Virus record (IMG/VR): IMGVR_UViG_3300035698_025391
Origin: an uncultured virus (IMG/VR IMGVR_UViG_3300035698_025391)
Taxonomy: Duplodnaviria > Heunggongvirae > Uroviricota > Caudoviricetes
Direction: 5' to 3' (one strand)
Length of the DNA stretch: 64,000 nucleotides
The notes beneath the pieces were generated by a model that was given only the letters and a program-made list of their open reading frames with translations, searched no databases and was not told the origin of the DNA. Made by a program: the position numbers and the translations under genes. Positions 21,749 to 32,596 of the stretch are shown here, piece after piece; the first letter of the stretch is position 1; each line of letters starts with the position of its first letter.

Positions 21749-22294
21749 ATGGACAAGAAAAGTATCGCAGTAGCACTCATCGCAATACTGGTTATCGGCG
21801 GTGGCCTTATCGGCTACAAGTTTAGCATTAACAACCGAGTAATGGTGTTGGCCAATTTGTTTGATGCTCAGATGCAGGTGGTCGAATCATTTCACGACAA
21901 GATGTGGAAAACCATGAAGGAAAAATGTGGCGTTACCGACAAGGCCAAGGATGCCTTCAAGGAAATGTATACCCCTCTCATAGAAGGACGTTACTCACAC
22001 GGTGGCGGTCAGATGATGCAATGGGTCAAGGAACAAAACCCGTCGTTCGATTTCAGTTTATTCAAGGACCTTATGGTTACTATTGAATCCCTCAGAACAG
22101 GTTTCTTCAAAAAGCAGGAGATGGTGATTGCAACCGTACAAGAGTTTAAGAACACACGTGATGTTATGCCTGGCTCCTTCTTCTGTCCCTCAAATGATCG
22201 CACCCGCAAAATGGAAGTATTTCAACCCATCACATCTTCCAAATCTAAAAGCGTGATGGCCACTGGTAAAGACGACGAAACATACATTAAATAA
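21749..22294 (+). CDS. LemA-like membrane-anchored protein
   Basis: N-terminal TM; EQNP...SLFKDLMVTIESLR...QEFKN...PG helical pattern resembles LemA. Confidence 0.55.
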   Translation: MDKKSIAVALIAILVIGGGLIGYKFSINNRVMVLANLFDAQMQVVESFHDKMWKTMKEKCGVTDKAKDAFKEMYTPLIEGRYSHGGGQMMQWVKEQNPSFDFSLFKDLMVTIESLRTGFFKKQEMVIATVQEFKNTRDVMPGSFFCPSNDRTRKMEVFQPITSSKSKSVMATGKDDETYIK

Positions 22295-22325
22295 CCATTG
22301 ACTTTATGGCCATGTGTCAATTAGG

Positions 22326-22360
22326 AATGGGCAGACTCTTCGGAGTCTGCCCATTTTAAT
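22326..22360 (+). terminator. Rho-independent terminator
   Basis: 13-bp stem AATGGGCAGACTC-TTCG-GAGTCTGCCCATT followed by T-rich tract. Confidence 0.8.
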
Positions 22361-22379
22361 TTCACAGGAGGATTGAATT

Positions 22380-23594
22380 ATGTTTGGGACCATATGGTAT
22401 ATAATGATCTTGCCGGTCATAGCCACCATCTATCTGATGGTTTGGCACAAAAAGAAAACAGCATGGTACGAATTGGTCGGTATGTGGGCCGTTTGTATCA
22501 TCCTCATAATGATAGGACAGTGGGCAGCCGTCCGTGTTGCCGTCACAGATACTGAATATTGGGGACATTTGGGTATCAAAGTGGAACACAATGAGCCATA
22601 TTCAAAATGGGATACCTGTGACAGACAAGTACGTGATGGAGAAACTTGTTCTGGTTCGGGCAAGGACCGGACATGTTCCCCAAAATACCGTACGGAATAT
22701 TATGATTGTGTTAAAAACACATCTCGCCAGTGTTTTCTGTATGACAGAATGAAAAATCGACATTACATCTCCTACGGTAGATACCGGGAGCTTGCTGTAC
22801 GCTGGGGCAATGATGCGAAATTTCGCAATATGAATCGTAAAGGGACTATCCGCCGCTTTATTAAACGTGGCAGACCTTACTATACTGGAGAAGGTAATCG
22901 CTATACCGCCGAATGGAACAAGGTGTGGACAACCTCCGAGCCGATGGTATCTGTACACAAATACGAAAATCGTGTCGCGGCCAGCTCAAGCGTTCTCAAC
23001 TTCAAACAAGTTACGGAACAAAAGAAGATTGTTTACAAGTTGTACGACTACCCATTTATGTATGAAGGCGGCGGTGGTTATGAAATGGTTTCTATACTAT
23101 CACATACCAAGAAATTTCCGGCTGCCGACACATACTGGCGTTTCATCAATGGCCAATTCGGCCCTGTTAAACGTATCCGCGTATGGATCTTGCTGTTCGA
23201 AGGACAAGAGCGTGAAGCAGCTCTATATCAGAAACAACATTGGAAAAATGGTAACAAGAATGAACTGACCCTATGTATAGGTATGGATAGAGCTGGGAAA
23301 GTCACATGGGGTGAAGTATTCAGTTGGACCGAGCAGGATGAAATGGTCATCCGAGTTCGAAATCGCATCGAAGCAATGGAAGTAGTGTCAGATCAATCCC
23401 TCATTAAGTTAGCTATGTGGGCAGAAAAGACAGCCATTCCCAAATATGTCAAACCTGAATTTACCGAGAAATACAAACATCTAGCTGTGAATCCTCCCAT
23501 ATGGATCATTCTGGTTGTGTGGGGCGTGATTGCATTGGCAAACATCGGCCTGTGCATTTACATAGTCAGAAATAGTCTAGATGAAAGTCATTAG
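22380..23594 (+). CDS. Membrane protein with large extracytoplasmic, possibly TPM-like, domain
   Basis: Two N-terminal and one C-terminal TM; QHWKNGNKNELTLCIG resembles the TPM W..G...NG strand; follows a LemA-like gene. Confidence 0.55.
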   Translation: MFGTIWYIMILPVIATIYLMVWHKKKTAWYELVGMWAVCIILIMIGQWAAVRVAVTDTEYWGHLGIKVEHNEPYSKWDTCDRQVRDGETCSGSGKDRTCSPKYRTEYYDCVKNTSRQCFLYDRMKNRHYISYGRYRELAVRWGNDAKFRNMNRKGTIRRFIKRGRPYYTGEGNRYTAEWNKVWTTSEPMVSVHKYENRVAASSSVLNFKQVTEQKKIVYKLYDYPFMYEGGGGYEMVSILSHTKKFPAADTYWRFINGQFGPVKRIRVWILLFEGQEREAALYQKQHWKNGNKNELTLCIGMDRAGKVTWGEVFSWTEQDEMVIRVRNRIEAMEVVSDQSLIKLAMWAEKTAIPKYVKPEFTEKYKHLAVNPPIWIILVVWGVIALANIGLCIYIVRNSLDESH

Positions 23595-23685
23595 TCCGCA
23601 AGGAGTGGCCTCATCACACGGCTACGACATAAATAGTGTGTTAAAAAACGGCGAGAGGACGCATAGTATCCTCAAGGAGACAATT

Positions 23686-24522
23686 ATGTCGATCGTAGCG
23701 AAGGTAGGAGTAGAGGCGGAATTTTTGATGTTCAACGCAAAGGGTGACCTTATTGTGCCCCCAGCATCCTTTCCACGTGATGATTACCCACTGCTCGGCG
23801 AAATCCGAGGGGATCCGGGAAAAACCACACGGGAAACTTTGGTGGAATTCTTCGATGAACAAATGCGAATCATGGACAATTTGCGTAGTACGCACACCCT
23901 CAAGTTCTCGGACCAGGAGAAAGTGCCGCTGAAAATCTACAAAGAGGCCAACCGCCAGGTCAAGATTCCGAAACACGACATGACCACAGCGAAGAACATT
24001 TACGGCACCGACATCAGTGACTTCACCGACCAGATCATCGCCAAAGGTAAGATCCAGGGTGTCATGATCTCCTGCGGTCTTCACATCCATTTTTCCTGTG
24101 AAGCGGTACAGGAGGTCAAGATCGAGGAGAGGCAGTACGAATTGGTCCAGATTCCGATAGATCTGACTCTGGCCAACGGTGAGGCTCTGACAGGTAAAGA
24201 TGGCATGCTGTCGAGTGAGCTCATTCGTCCCTTCATCAAGCTTTACCGCAGCAAAGGGTATGAGACGAAGAAGACTCTGATTGCCAGGGCATCTCGCCTC
24301 AACCGACCCACGATTTTTCACATTGTAAAGGAAATGGACGAAGCCTTCTTCGAGCGTTTTGCCCCTCCCGTGGGTAAACGTACCAAATACCGACATCCTG
24401 GTTTCTATGAACTCAAGCCCTATGGCTTTGAATATCGTAGTCTACCCGCCAATGAGACCACCATCGCCGCTCTCCCCGAAATCATCGCCAAGGCATTTGA
24501 ACTCTTGGCCGACGCCAGCTAG
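23686..24522 (+). CDS. phiEco32-like COOH-NH2 ligase (glutamate-cysteine ligase fold)
   Basis: GVEAEF, EIRGDP, GLHIHFS, R..Y..PG...KPYGFEYRSLP motifs; AAGGAG SD before 23686. Confidence 0.75.
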   Translation: MSIVAKVGVEAEFLMFNAKGDLIVPPASFPRDDYPLLGEIRGDPGKTTRETLVEFFDEQMRIMDNLRSTHTLKFSDQEKVPLKIYKEANRQVKIPKHDMTTAKNIYGTDISDFTDQIIAKGKIQGVMISCGLHIHFSCEAVQEVKIEERQYELVQIPIDLTLANGEALTGKDGMLSSELIRPFIKLYRSKGYETKKTLIARASRLNRPTIFHIVKEMDEAFFERFAPPVGKRTKYRHPGFYELKPYGFEYRSLPANETTIAALPEIIAKAFELLADAS

Positions 24523-24531
24523 TGAACCAAC

Positions 24532-24566
24532 GGGCAGGCTCTTCGGAGTCTGCCCATCCCTTTTAT
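24532..24566 (+). terminator. Rho-independent terminator, near copy of 22326
   Basis: GGGCAGGCTC-TTCG-GAGTCTGCCC then CCCTTTTAT. Confidence 0.7.
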
Positions 24567-25411
24567 CCCCATAGGAGACAATTCCCAATGAAACAGCCAC
24601 CGTTGAATGAAGTCAAGAATCCCTGGGTTAGAAAACCAGCCACTTTGGTACTATTTATAGGTGTAGTGTTTGTGTCAATAGTAATAGCCATCTTGGAAGG
24701 TATTTCGGCAATGTCCAAAAGCCTCGTCAATGGTGTGGATGATTCCGTCAAATTCCTTGCTGACTGTTGGTTAGGCCCTGACAAGGAGAGGTAAAGGGGG
24801 CCTCATGGCAAGAAAACACAAGAAGGTGTCCCGCTTTAATTTGGACTGGAGTATGTCCCCGGAGACGGTACGACTGAATTGGAACTTACTGCCCGTGTGA
24901 CTCTGGAACATTGGCCTAATGAGAAAGTAGTGCTTCAACCTCCCTCCGAAAGGCATGTGTTCGAGGTATACGCACAGAACCACACACACGGCAACAGAAG
25001 CATTGGATGGGGTGGTGTTCCGAAAATGACCAGATGTGAACGACTCGTTCTGGAGACCATAGCACGTACTGCTTATGCTGGGTTCGTTCTTGCCATGGAA
25101 GGTGATGAACAATTCAACACTGTATGGATTACGTGAAAGGAGGAATACTTTGAACACATTAGGAATATTATTCTTTGTTTGTGTTGGAGGAACTATTGGT
25201 GCCATCATGGCGAAGGCCAAGACATTCGAAGCCAGACTAAATAGAGGCTTCATCATAACCAAAGGGCAGGTCCGCCTCATGAGGGCCTCCAACGTTATCT
25301 GGAAAATATTTCTCGTCATTGCGGCTCTGCTGTCAGTTGGAGCAGTCCTCGCATTAACCGGAGCCTTACTACACTACGGCTGGAACATTATACCATAGAG
25401 AGGGTGACACC

Positions 25412-26179
25412 ATGAAATACTTCGACGATTGGAACTGGTTCGAACGAATCTGGCTCTTCGGCTTTACCATCATCGGAACCTACCTCTGTCTTCACTGGGG
25501 AGAGTCGGCCGTGGGCATTGCCTCCTTCCTCACCAACATCTGGTGCGTCATACTCGTCACCAAAGGTAAAATCCTAAACTATCCCATTGGCATCATCGGT
25601 GTCATAACCTACGCTTACGTCGCATACAACCGTCAATTGTACGGTGATATGCAGCTTAACCTGTTCTACTACTTGCCCATGTCTTTTTATGGTTGGATTG
25701 TATGGGCCGGTAACAAGACCCGGGGTAATGTTGTTGAGGTCAAATTAATGACCGGTCTTCAACGCGTAGGGGCAGTCATTTGCTGTATGGTTGCTATAAC
25801 ATTGTATTCGTGGTATCTACAAAGCATTGGTGGAGCCATGCCTCTGAAAGACGCCACCACTACCGTTTTGTTCGTATTGGCCATGTTTCTTATGGCCCAA
25901 CGCTACATGGAGCAGTGGGTGCTGTGGATCATAGGTGATATAGTAGAAGTGGTGATGTGGGTTAAGATTACCATCATAGAGGGCACCAACGATATAGGGG
26001 CTCTATTGATGTGGTCAGCATTCCTCATCAACGCCGTCTATGGCCTGTACAACTGGATCACATTACACAGGGAACAGGAGGTATGGCTTATACGCAAACA
26101 AGACGATCTGGCCTACAAAGAGACCCTAAAAAAGAGCCTTGGTGGTCCATCTTCTGATTTACCACCAGGAACGTTCTAA
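25412..26179 (+). CDS. pnuC: Nicotinamide riboside transporter PnuC
   Basis: Multi-TM; KGKILNYPIGI, LYGD, YGWIVW, DATTT, RYMEQWVLWI motifs. Confidence 0.9.
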   Translation: MKYFDDWNWFERIWLFGFTIIGTYLCLHWGESAVGIASFLTNIWCVILVTKGKILNYPIGIIGVITYAYVAYNRQLYGDMQLNLFYYLPMSFYGWIVWAGNKTRGNVVEVKLMTGLQRVGAVICCMVAITLYSWYLQSIGGAMPLKDATTTVLFVLAMFLMAQRYMEQWVLWIIGDIVEVVMWVKITIIEGTNDIGALLMWSAFLINAVYGLYNWITLHREQEVWLIRKQDDLAYKETLKKSLGGPSSDLPPGTF

Positions 26180-26391
26180 AAGGAGAGTAGATTCAATGCT
26201 TTTGTTCAGACTAAATATTTGGCTTATCATACTCACCGTGGCAGTTCCGTGTGGTATTTTCACAGTGGCCGGACTGATTCTAATCGAAGCCATATTACCT
26301 GCATCTCTGGCCGCTGTTTCAAGTACTGTATTGATGGCTATATTAATTGTATTTCAGAGGAAAACAACAGAATGTGAGGAGGTGCCAGAAC

Positions 26392-26898
26392 ATGGAAAAT
26401 GCCAGAAGTCCCACCGGCAAAGTACATAGCATTACAGCATGGTCATGGCCACCCGCAGGCGGTGAATTATGTATGACGAAGTGTAGTCATAGAGCCCCAC
26501 ATAGACACGGTGCTGATGGCTTTCTTCACAGATGGAAAAGGACTAACGAATCTATCACATGTATCGCCTGCCTATCCATATGGAAAAAGGAAAATCCCCA
26601 ACTGGCGAAATCGCTGAAAAATGTAACTACGAGCTATGCGGAATTCAGAACCTATATTGTTTGTGAAAGTGCCAATGGAGATTCTGAAAGTGAGTTTATC
26701 TCCTGGCGTGCCGATATTGCTGAAGCTGCTATATCTGATTTAGGCATTTCTCCTGGTAGTCACCACGGATGGCAACAAACCTGTGTCATATCCTGTTATG
26801 TCAAAGGGAGACTTTCTAAATTAATTAATGGTTACGAAGGTAGAAATCTTACCATAACCATTAGGAGATTGCCCAAAGTCCTCAAGGAGGAAATATGA
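26392..26898 (+). CDS. HC3 zinc-finger family protein
   Basis: GKVHSI..TKCS..SITCIACL; AGGAGGT SD. Confidence 0.6.
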   Translation: MENARSPTGKVHSITAWSWPPAGGELCMTKCSHRAPHRHGADGFLHRWKRTNESITCIACLSIWKKENPQLAKSLKNVTTSYAEFRTYIVCESANGDSESEFISWRADIAEAAISDLGISPGSHHGWQQTCVISCYVKGRLSKLINGYEGRNLTITIRRLPKVLKEEI

Positions 26899-27469
26899 TG
26901 AATGTAATGTATAAACAGCTGTTCACGTTACCGATAGCCTGGAGATTCTGGGACAAGACCAACGGTAGTAGTATGGTAACTGTACCATTGGGGGCTATAG
27001 TCGGAATAGGCTGTAATTCAATAGTGCTGTTCAATGGCAATACTATGGAAATACAACGATTTACCAACTGGGCCTATGAAATGCTCGAAATTTCTTATCA
27101 CCGTTATTATATAACTGAACGCGAATGGATAGACCCATTACAAAAGGACTTCGATGATATGGACCGGGCCTTCATCATGTTTACCTTGCGTAAACGACTG
27201 AACGACTATATGGAACTTGTCAACCGGAAGGAATGATCCATGCTGGCAGCAATTGATTCCGCTGCGTGTACAATCATATAAGGAGGGACCTATGCCTACG
27301 TCAAATCAAGTAGCAGCATTTGCAATATTATCTTCGCTAGTCTTACCCGCTGGAAGACTCATCCTTATTTTCCTATTTCTTTTACTGGTTGGCCTGCCGC
27401 TTTGGAAATGTTTAGTTGGAGCAGCCATACTATCACTATTGTTAACCATATCATAGGGAAGAAGAATCT

Positions 27470-27838
27470 ATGTGTACCACTCCGCAATTGATCAGTGTAA
27501 ACGGCTGGAAGACATCAGATGGAGAGAAGTTCTTCTTGGAAGAAGACGCAATAGCACATCAGACGTTTATCGCCAACAAAGCGAGAACTGGAGAACTTGC
27601 TAAACTCCTGATGGTCGAGCTTGGTTGCCTCGATGAAAAAGGGAACATCATTGATGAGAAGGTAGATGCCATCATAACTGGTTTCAATGACCTCGGCTTT
27701 GATTTCGACATGGACTTTGAAAGTGATGATGATGATGGGCCTAATCTGGTGGAAGTGGCGAATCATCTTATCGATATGTTCGGCGACAATTTTAAAACAT
27801 GGAATACCATATTCACCAAATTCATTGCGGGAACATAA
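27470..27838 (+). CDS. Acidic hypothetical protein
   Basis: WKTSDGEKF..EEDAIAHQ; very acidic C-half. Confidence 0.55.
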   Translation: MCTTPQLISVNGWKTSDGEKFFLEEDAIAHQTFIANKARTGELAKLLMVELGCLDEKGNIIDEKVDAIITGFNDLGFDFDMDFESDDDDGPNLVEVANHLIDMFGDNFKTWNTIFTKFIAGT

Positions 27839-27948
27839 AATGACTGTTGTAATATTTGGCTCCGAGTCAGGATGCTATGAGCTTTTCATCAAGGAGGTCC
27901 GGTCGGAGCTAAATATTGCTATAGAACGTCTCAAAGAAGGAGATAGTA

Positions 27949-28485
27949 ATGAATGACAGACTTGGGGCATATTATAACAAGGCCTATGTCGCAAAGATAG
28001 TTTCCGAAAATGGATTGTTAGCCATATTGATTTCTGAAATTGAGAAACAACCGGCTATCTCCGAAGAAATTGGAACCGATCTATGTGAGGTTGTTAGTAG
28101 AATTGGATCAATCAGACTTGAGAGTCTTATTTGGGGAATCGTTGTAAATTCGGATGGTGAGACTTATCGTGGTAACCATATTATAAACACAGTTGCAAAA
28201 CTGAAAACACTATTGGATGCATTAAGAAAGGATGTTGTCAAACCCGGATTATCTTTAAGTACAATATTTACTTCTAAACGATCCTGCGAGTTATTAGCAG
28301 AAGGGCGTAAATTAAGTGAACATGGTCAGTTCGTGTTGAGTGCTCTTGATGCTGGAAGATACGATAAAAATACTATCATTGAATGGTTACAGTGGGGCGA
28401 GTGGCCGGATGAACGCGAATTCTTTGAAGGAACCAAAATGGAGATACTCATTTCAAAATGGGCCAATACAACAGGGGAGGTATGA
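27949..28485 (+). CDS. Hypothetical protein
   Basis: AAGGAG SD, 178 aa. Confidence 0.55.
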   Translation: MNDRLGAYYNKAYVAKIVSENGLLAILISEIEKQPAISEEIGTDLCEVVSRIGSIRLESLIWGIVVNSDGETYRGNHIINTVAKLKTLLDALRKDVVKPGLSLSTIFTSKRSCELLAEGRKLSEHGQFVLSALDAGRYDKNTIIEWLQWGEWPDEREFFEGTKMEILISKWANTTGEV

Positions 28486-28488
28486 TTT

Positions 28489-29805
28489 ATGTATTCGATC
28501 AATATGACACATCGCCACGGATTATACTGTAAAGATGATAGGGCTAAAGCGATAGTCCTGAAAGCTAATGACACTGAATACAGGTATCAGGCCGTGCGTA
28601 TTATCGACAGTGGCGATAATGCGTGGAGAGGTCCCTTTGACGAGCTTCAGAAGCTATCGAAATCGGCATCTTCTGATGTACTTAATCCAATCGAGGTACT
28701 ATGTTCGGCAGTCTTACAATGGTGCGATATTTCAAGATTTCCATTAATAATCCAGATATGGTTAGCCACCGGCAGCCCAGTACTACTTGAAGCAGTCAAA
28801 TTAATGACCGACAAAACAGCTGATAACGGTACGTGGAGTGATAAGAATATTAGAAGTCATTCTAATGTTCGAGACGATATATATGGCCTTGTCAACCAGC
28901 TCACATGGTACTCTCCTATTTGGCTCCCGAGAGTATACGAGCTTTTTGAAGGACACCTCGGTTATGGCGATGCAAGTGCCTATATCTTTGAGGGTTTAAC
29001 CGCCTACAGCAACCACATCAAAGCTCATCCACCTGAAGATGAAATTGATCCATGTAAGGTTAATGCTGAAGGTGTTGCCGAAAAAGAGCAATTGGAATTG
29101 TCACTAGTTGAACTCAATAGTGAACTGACGACATTGCGGAAACGGTTAGCCGCTATCGAATCGAAACCACCCTCTAGAATTACTGCCAGTGTAATTACCG
29201 GCATAACCAAAAGTATTGCTGATAACGTTGATGAAGTGGTCACCTGTGAGAAGCAATTAGCGACTCTGGAATTATCACTTAAAGAACTATATAACTCCAC
29301 AGCCTTTAAACAATGTACTAAAATCGTCGAATTAACCACCGACTGCACAGCCAAAGCAATTGAGGTGGCTTCCAGATTCACTACTATAGTGACTGAAGAG
29401 TTCGCTGTGGACTTATTAGTAGAACAGGAAAATAGCCGCATCTACTCTACAGCCCGCGACATGCTGGATAAGGAAGGATATCGGGGAGAAGAGGGTCGTC
29501 AGGTGCGTTATGATGAAATAATTGAAACGTTGAAAGCTACAAGTCCCATTTATGGAAAACTCAAAGGACTTACATTAGATAAGGCCATGCGTAAAAGTGC
29601 AGCTTTCAAAGAAATAACAGCCATTAAAAAGGCGTCAGACAAGGAAAAGGAGATGGCCCACAACAGAATGCTTCGGGACAACCGAGATGCGATTAATCTT
29701 GACAATGTCAGAAATCAACCAGGGTATGTTAATCTGAAAGGTATGACAACGGTAGAAGCTAAAGTCGCACTACTCGGAGATTACGTAATGATGCGTGATC
29801 GTTAA
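28489..29805 (+). CDS. Large hypothetical coiled-coil protein
   Basis: 438 aa ORF with heptad-rich central region. Confidence 0.65.
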   Translation: MYSINMTHRHGLYCKDDRAKAIVLKANDTEYRYQAVRIIDSGDNAWRGPFDELQKLSKSASSDVLNPIEVLCSAVLQWCDISRFPLIIQIWLATGSPVLLEAVKLMTDKTADNGTWSDKNIRSHSNVRDDIYGLVNQLTWYSPIWLPRVYELFEGHLGYGDASAYIFEGLTAYSNHIKAHPPEDEIDPCKVNAEGVAEKEQLELSLVELNSELTTLRKRLAAIESKPPSRITASVITGITKSIADNVDEVVTCEKQLATLELSLKELYNSTAFKQCTKIVELTTDCTAKAIEVASRFTTIVTEEFAVDLLVEQENSRIYSTARDMLDKEGYRGEEGRQVRYDEIIETLKATSPIYGKLKGLTLDKAMRKSAAFKEITAIKKASDKEKEMAHNRMLRDNRDAINLDNVRNQPGYVNLKGMTTVEAKVALLGDYVMMRDR

Positions 29806-29828
29806 TTCTAACAAATGGAAAAAGAACT

Positions 29829-30839
29829 ATGACTGTTGGAATGTTCGCCGGTAAGATGATACCACTACATCGAGGGCATGTCTATGTGGCTACTCAAGCC
29901 AGTAATATGTGCGATGAAATGTGGTGGGGACTATCCCATTGTTTTTTACGGGATAGGCTACTTTGCCATCGCTCACACTTCAAAAGTTGTTCAGCAGAAC
30001 AGCGTCTCACCTGGATGAGGATGATCGCCAAAGACATGCCCAACGTCAAGGTGTTCGAATTTGAGGACTGGGACGGGGACAACTACCACAGCTGGGAAAT
30101 GGGTGCTGATGCTATTCGGAACTCTATCGGCAAGAAGATTGACTTCGTATTCGGATCCGAACCGTCATATCGTAAGATCTTTGCCGAGATTCATCCTGAG
30201 GCAGAATATATCCTCATTGACGCAGGCCGAAAGTACTTCCCCATATCTTCCACCCAAATAAGGAAGGAGGGACCGTACAAACACTGGCATATGCTACCTG
30301 ATGCGGTAAGACCATCCTTCGTTAAGAAAGTGGTTGTCGTCGGAACCGAATCATGTGGCAAATCTACACTGGTCAAATCATTGGCAAGAACCTTTGACAC
30401 TACCTACGTAGAGGAGTTCGGTAGAACCATATGTGAAGAAGTAGGTGGTATACCTACATTGGAGCATTATCCGTTTATCGCCTATGGGCACAAGATGGCA
30501 GAGCGGAAAGCCTGTAAGACGGCCAACCGTGTCGTATTCCTTGACACCGAGGTTCTTACTACCATGTACTACAAGAACCTCTACACCAAAGAGTTTTGGA
30601 GTGACCTCTTGTACGTAGAAATGGCGAGGCATCAGAAATATGACCTGTGGATCTTTCTTGAGCCGGATGTGGCCTGGGTGGATGATGGGCTCCGACAGAA
30701 CGCTAGCGACAGAGAGAAGCAGTATATTACTCTACGTCGCCTGCTGGATTCACGCAGTATCAAGTATGAGTTGGTTGGTGGAAACTACCAGGAACGTTAC
30801 ATGAAAAGCCTGGATCTTGTTAACAATCTATTACTGTAA
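29829..30839 (+). CDS. nadR: Bifunctional NMN adenylyltransferase / ribosylnicotinamide kinase (NadR without HTH)
   Basis: GKMIPLHRGH (HxGH), ISSTQIR, P-loop GTESCGKST, EFGR, FLDT, WVDDGLR. Confidence 0.92.
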   Translation: MTVGMFAGKMIPLHRGHVYVATQASNMCDEMWWGLSHCFLRDRLLCHRSHFKSCSAEQRLTWMRMIAKDMPNVKVFEFEDWDGDNYHSWEMGADAIRNSIGKKIDFVFGSEPSYRKIFAEIHPEAEYILIDAGRKYFPISSTQIRKEGPYKHWHMLPDAVRPSFVKKVVVVGTESCGKSTLVKSLARTFDTTYVEEFGRTICEEVGGIPTLEHYPFIAYGHKMAERKACKTANRVVFLDTEVLTTMYYKNLYTKEFWSDLLYVEMARHQKYDLWIFLEPDVAWVDDGLRQNASDREKQYITLRRLLDSRSIKYELVGGNYQERYMKSLDLVNNLLL

Positions 30840-30854
30840 AAGGACAGTAAGATC

Positions 30855-31334
30855 ATGATCATTAAAACGGGAACATTGTTAATTGAACGTAAAGGTATAG
30901 GACCCGACATCACTTTTAACATCAAGACCAAGAATGATGTTCGGATAATGTATACATTGTTATATTACTATGCCAGCTCCTTATTCACCGATAACAACAT
31001 ATGTGATGTGGTGGATGGGGTTTGCCGAAGGAAGCAACTCAGATGTGGGGACAACTTCTGTTGTACTTGTCCTACATGTGAGTATCTCGGTCCGAATGGC
31101 TGTACTGTTGTAATGGCCCTAGGATGTAAACTATGGGTGTGTACCAGCGTAGCCGAAGAGCACATAAATGCGGGAAAGAGAGCAGGCGAAGCGGTAAAAG
31201 AGTTACAACACCTCAAGGATATCTTTCAGGCCATAGGCCTCGTCTCCTTCAGGAAGCATTTGGAGCAGGACATAGAGGGATTCTGGCAAGCGGGCTTTGC
31301 TAAAACAAGAAGGCGTGATGACATAGACTGGTAA
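30855..31334 (+). CDS. Cys-rich, possibly Fe-S or Zn binding, protein
   Basis: CC..C..CEYLGPNGC....LGCKLWVC. Confidence 0.55.
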   Translation: MIIKTGTLLIERKGIGPDITFNIKTKNDVRIMYTLLYYYASSLFTDNNICDVVDGVCRRKQLRCGDNFCCTCPTCEYLGPNGCTVVMALGCKLWVCTSVAEEHINAGKRAGEAVKELQHLKDIFQAIGLVSFRKHLEQDIEGFWQAGFAKTRRRDDIDW

Positions 31335-31352
31335 CGAACAAGGAGAATACAA

Positions 31353-31922
31353 ATGACAGCAATGGTCACAGGTCATCGGAAAATTATCCCAGCCAACTTG
31401 GTAGGAAGTGCTTGGCCAGATCAGAATCCGGTAGTAGCAACCCATCATAAGGCTGTCAAAGCAGCAATGGCAAGATGGATTTCCAATCAACATCTGGTAT
31501 TCGGAGAGACGGAATTCATTTCAGGCATGGCATTGGGGGCGGATCAGCTGTTCGCGGAAACAGTATTGGAACTCAAAGCTATTGGATTCCAGATCCATCT
31601 AATTGCAGCTATTCCATTTCAGGGACAAGATAGTAAGTGGCCCGCAGCCTCACAAGTCAAGTGGCGGGCTTTAATAGCCGGTGCCAGTTACATAGAATAT
31701 GTATGTGATCCTGGATACGCTTTATGGAAAATGCAGAAGCGTAACGAGTGGATGGTAAATCACTCCAGGTGTATACTGGCTATATGGAATGGAATTCAGA
31801 AAGGTGGCACATGGAATTGTATTAATTACGCCAACAAGACCAAGACAGTGGATATATTAAATCCTACAACTTTGACCATTTTACCTAAACCTGATCAAAG
31901 CGGAATACAATGGGTGACCTAG
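31353..31922 (+). CDS. YspA/SLOG-family (DUF1273-like) protein
   Basis: VTGHR, FISGMALGADQ, IPF.GQ..KW, MQKRNEWMV, GGTWNCI.YA. Confidence 0.88.
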   Translation: MTAMVTGHRKIIPANLVGSAWPDQNPVVATHHKAVKAAMARWISNQHLVFGETEFISGMALGADQLFAETVLELKAIGFQIHLIAAIPFQGQDSKWPAASQVKWRALIAGASYIEYVCDPGYALWKMQKRNEWMVNHSRCILAIWNGIQKGGTWNCINYANKTKTVDILNPTTLTILPKPDQSGIQWVT

Positions 31923-32012
31923 GCAAAGCGGAATGCTTTGAATGTAGGTCGACAATTTTCATCTGTTCAGGATATTAACCTAAAGAACCCAACAGAAGGG
32001 AGGACACTGGAA

Positions 32013-32591
32013 ATGAGAGAGGCAACCCCAGAGTTCCAACTGGGAGCTCATATCAAAATTCCCAAACGTGGACAAATGTTCACGAACGAAGATTTACCCG
32101 CTATCGTTTTGTGTAACCCGAAATACGGCCACAACATCGGGGCGGCTGTTCGTGGGGCATCCATTTTAGGAGCCAAAACTGTTATTTTTACAGGTACGCG
32201 TGCCATTGATGGGCTCATCAAGAGTTCCAAAGATGGGAAAAGGGGATTCAGACTGCCCCGAGAAGAACGTATGAAAGAGTACAAAAACGTAGCCATTTTT
32301 AACGACGATCGTCCATTCGATAGGTTCCCTAAACACGTATCTTTCGTGGCCATCGAATTACTGGACAACGCCGAGTGGCTTCCTCAATTTTCCCACCCTG
32401 AAAAATCCGTCTACGTATTTGGACCAGAAGACGGTTCCATTCCTCCGGTGTATAGAAGACATTGTTCAAGATTCGTAGCCATACCGGCATTAAGCTGCTT
32501 CAATTTGGCTGTTGCAGTCAATATAGTGCTGTATAAACGTAACGAGTTCTTCGGAGTAATTACTACGGAGGACATAGGACAGTCGAGGTAA
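32013..32591 (+). CDS. SPOUT (SpoU/TrmH/TrmL-type) RNA 2'-O-methyltransferase
   Basis: IVLCNPKYGHNIGAAVR, VFGPEDGSIP, IP...CFNLAVAVNIVLY; single-domain size. Confidence 0.88.
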   Translation: MREATPEFQLGAHIKIPKRGQMFTNEDLPAIVLCNPKYGHNIGAAVRGASILGAKTVIFTGTRAIDGLIKSSKDGKRGFRLPREERMKEYKNVAIFNDDRPFDRFPKHVSFVAIELLDNAEWLPQFSHPEKSVYVFGPEDGSIPPVYRRHCSRFVAIPALSCFNLAVAVNIVLYKRNEFFGVITTEDIGQSR

Positions 32592-32596
32592 AACAC

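Noticed and set aside
23641..24396. Long minus-strand ORF (251 aa) and most other minus ORFs in the track
   Set aside because: Fully antisense to well-supported plus-strand genes; no motifs recognised
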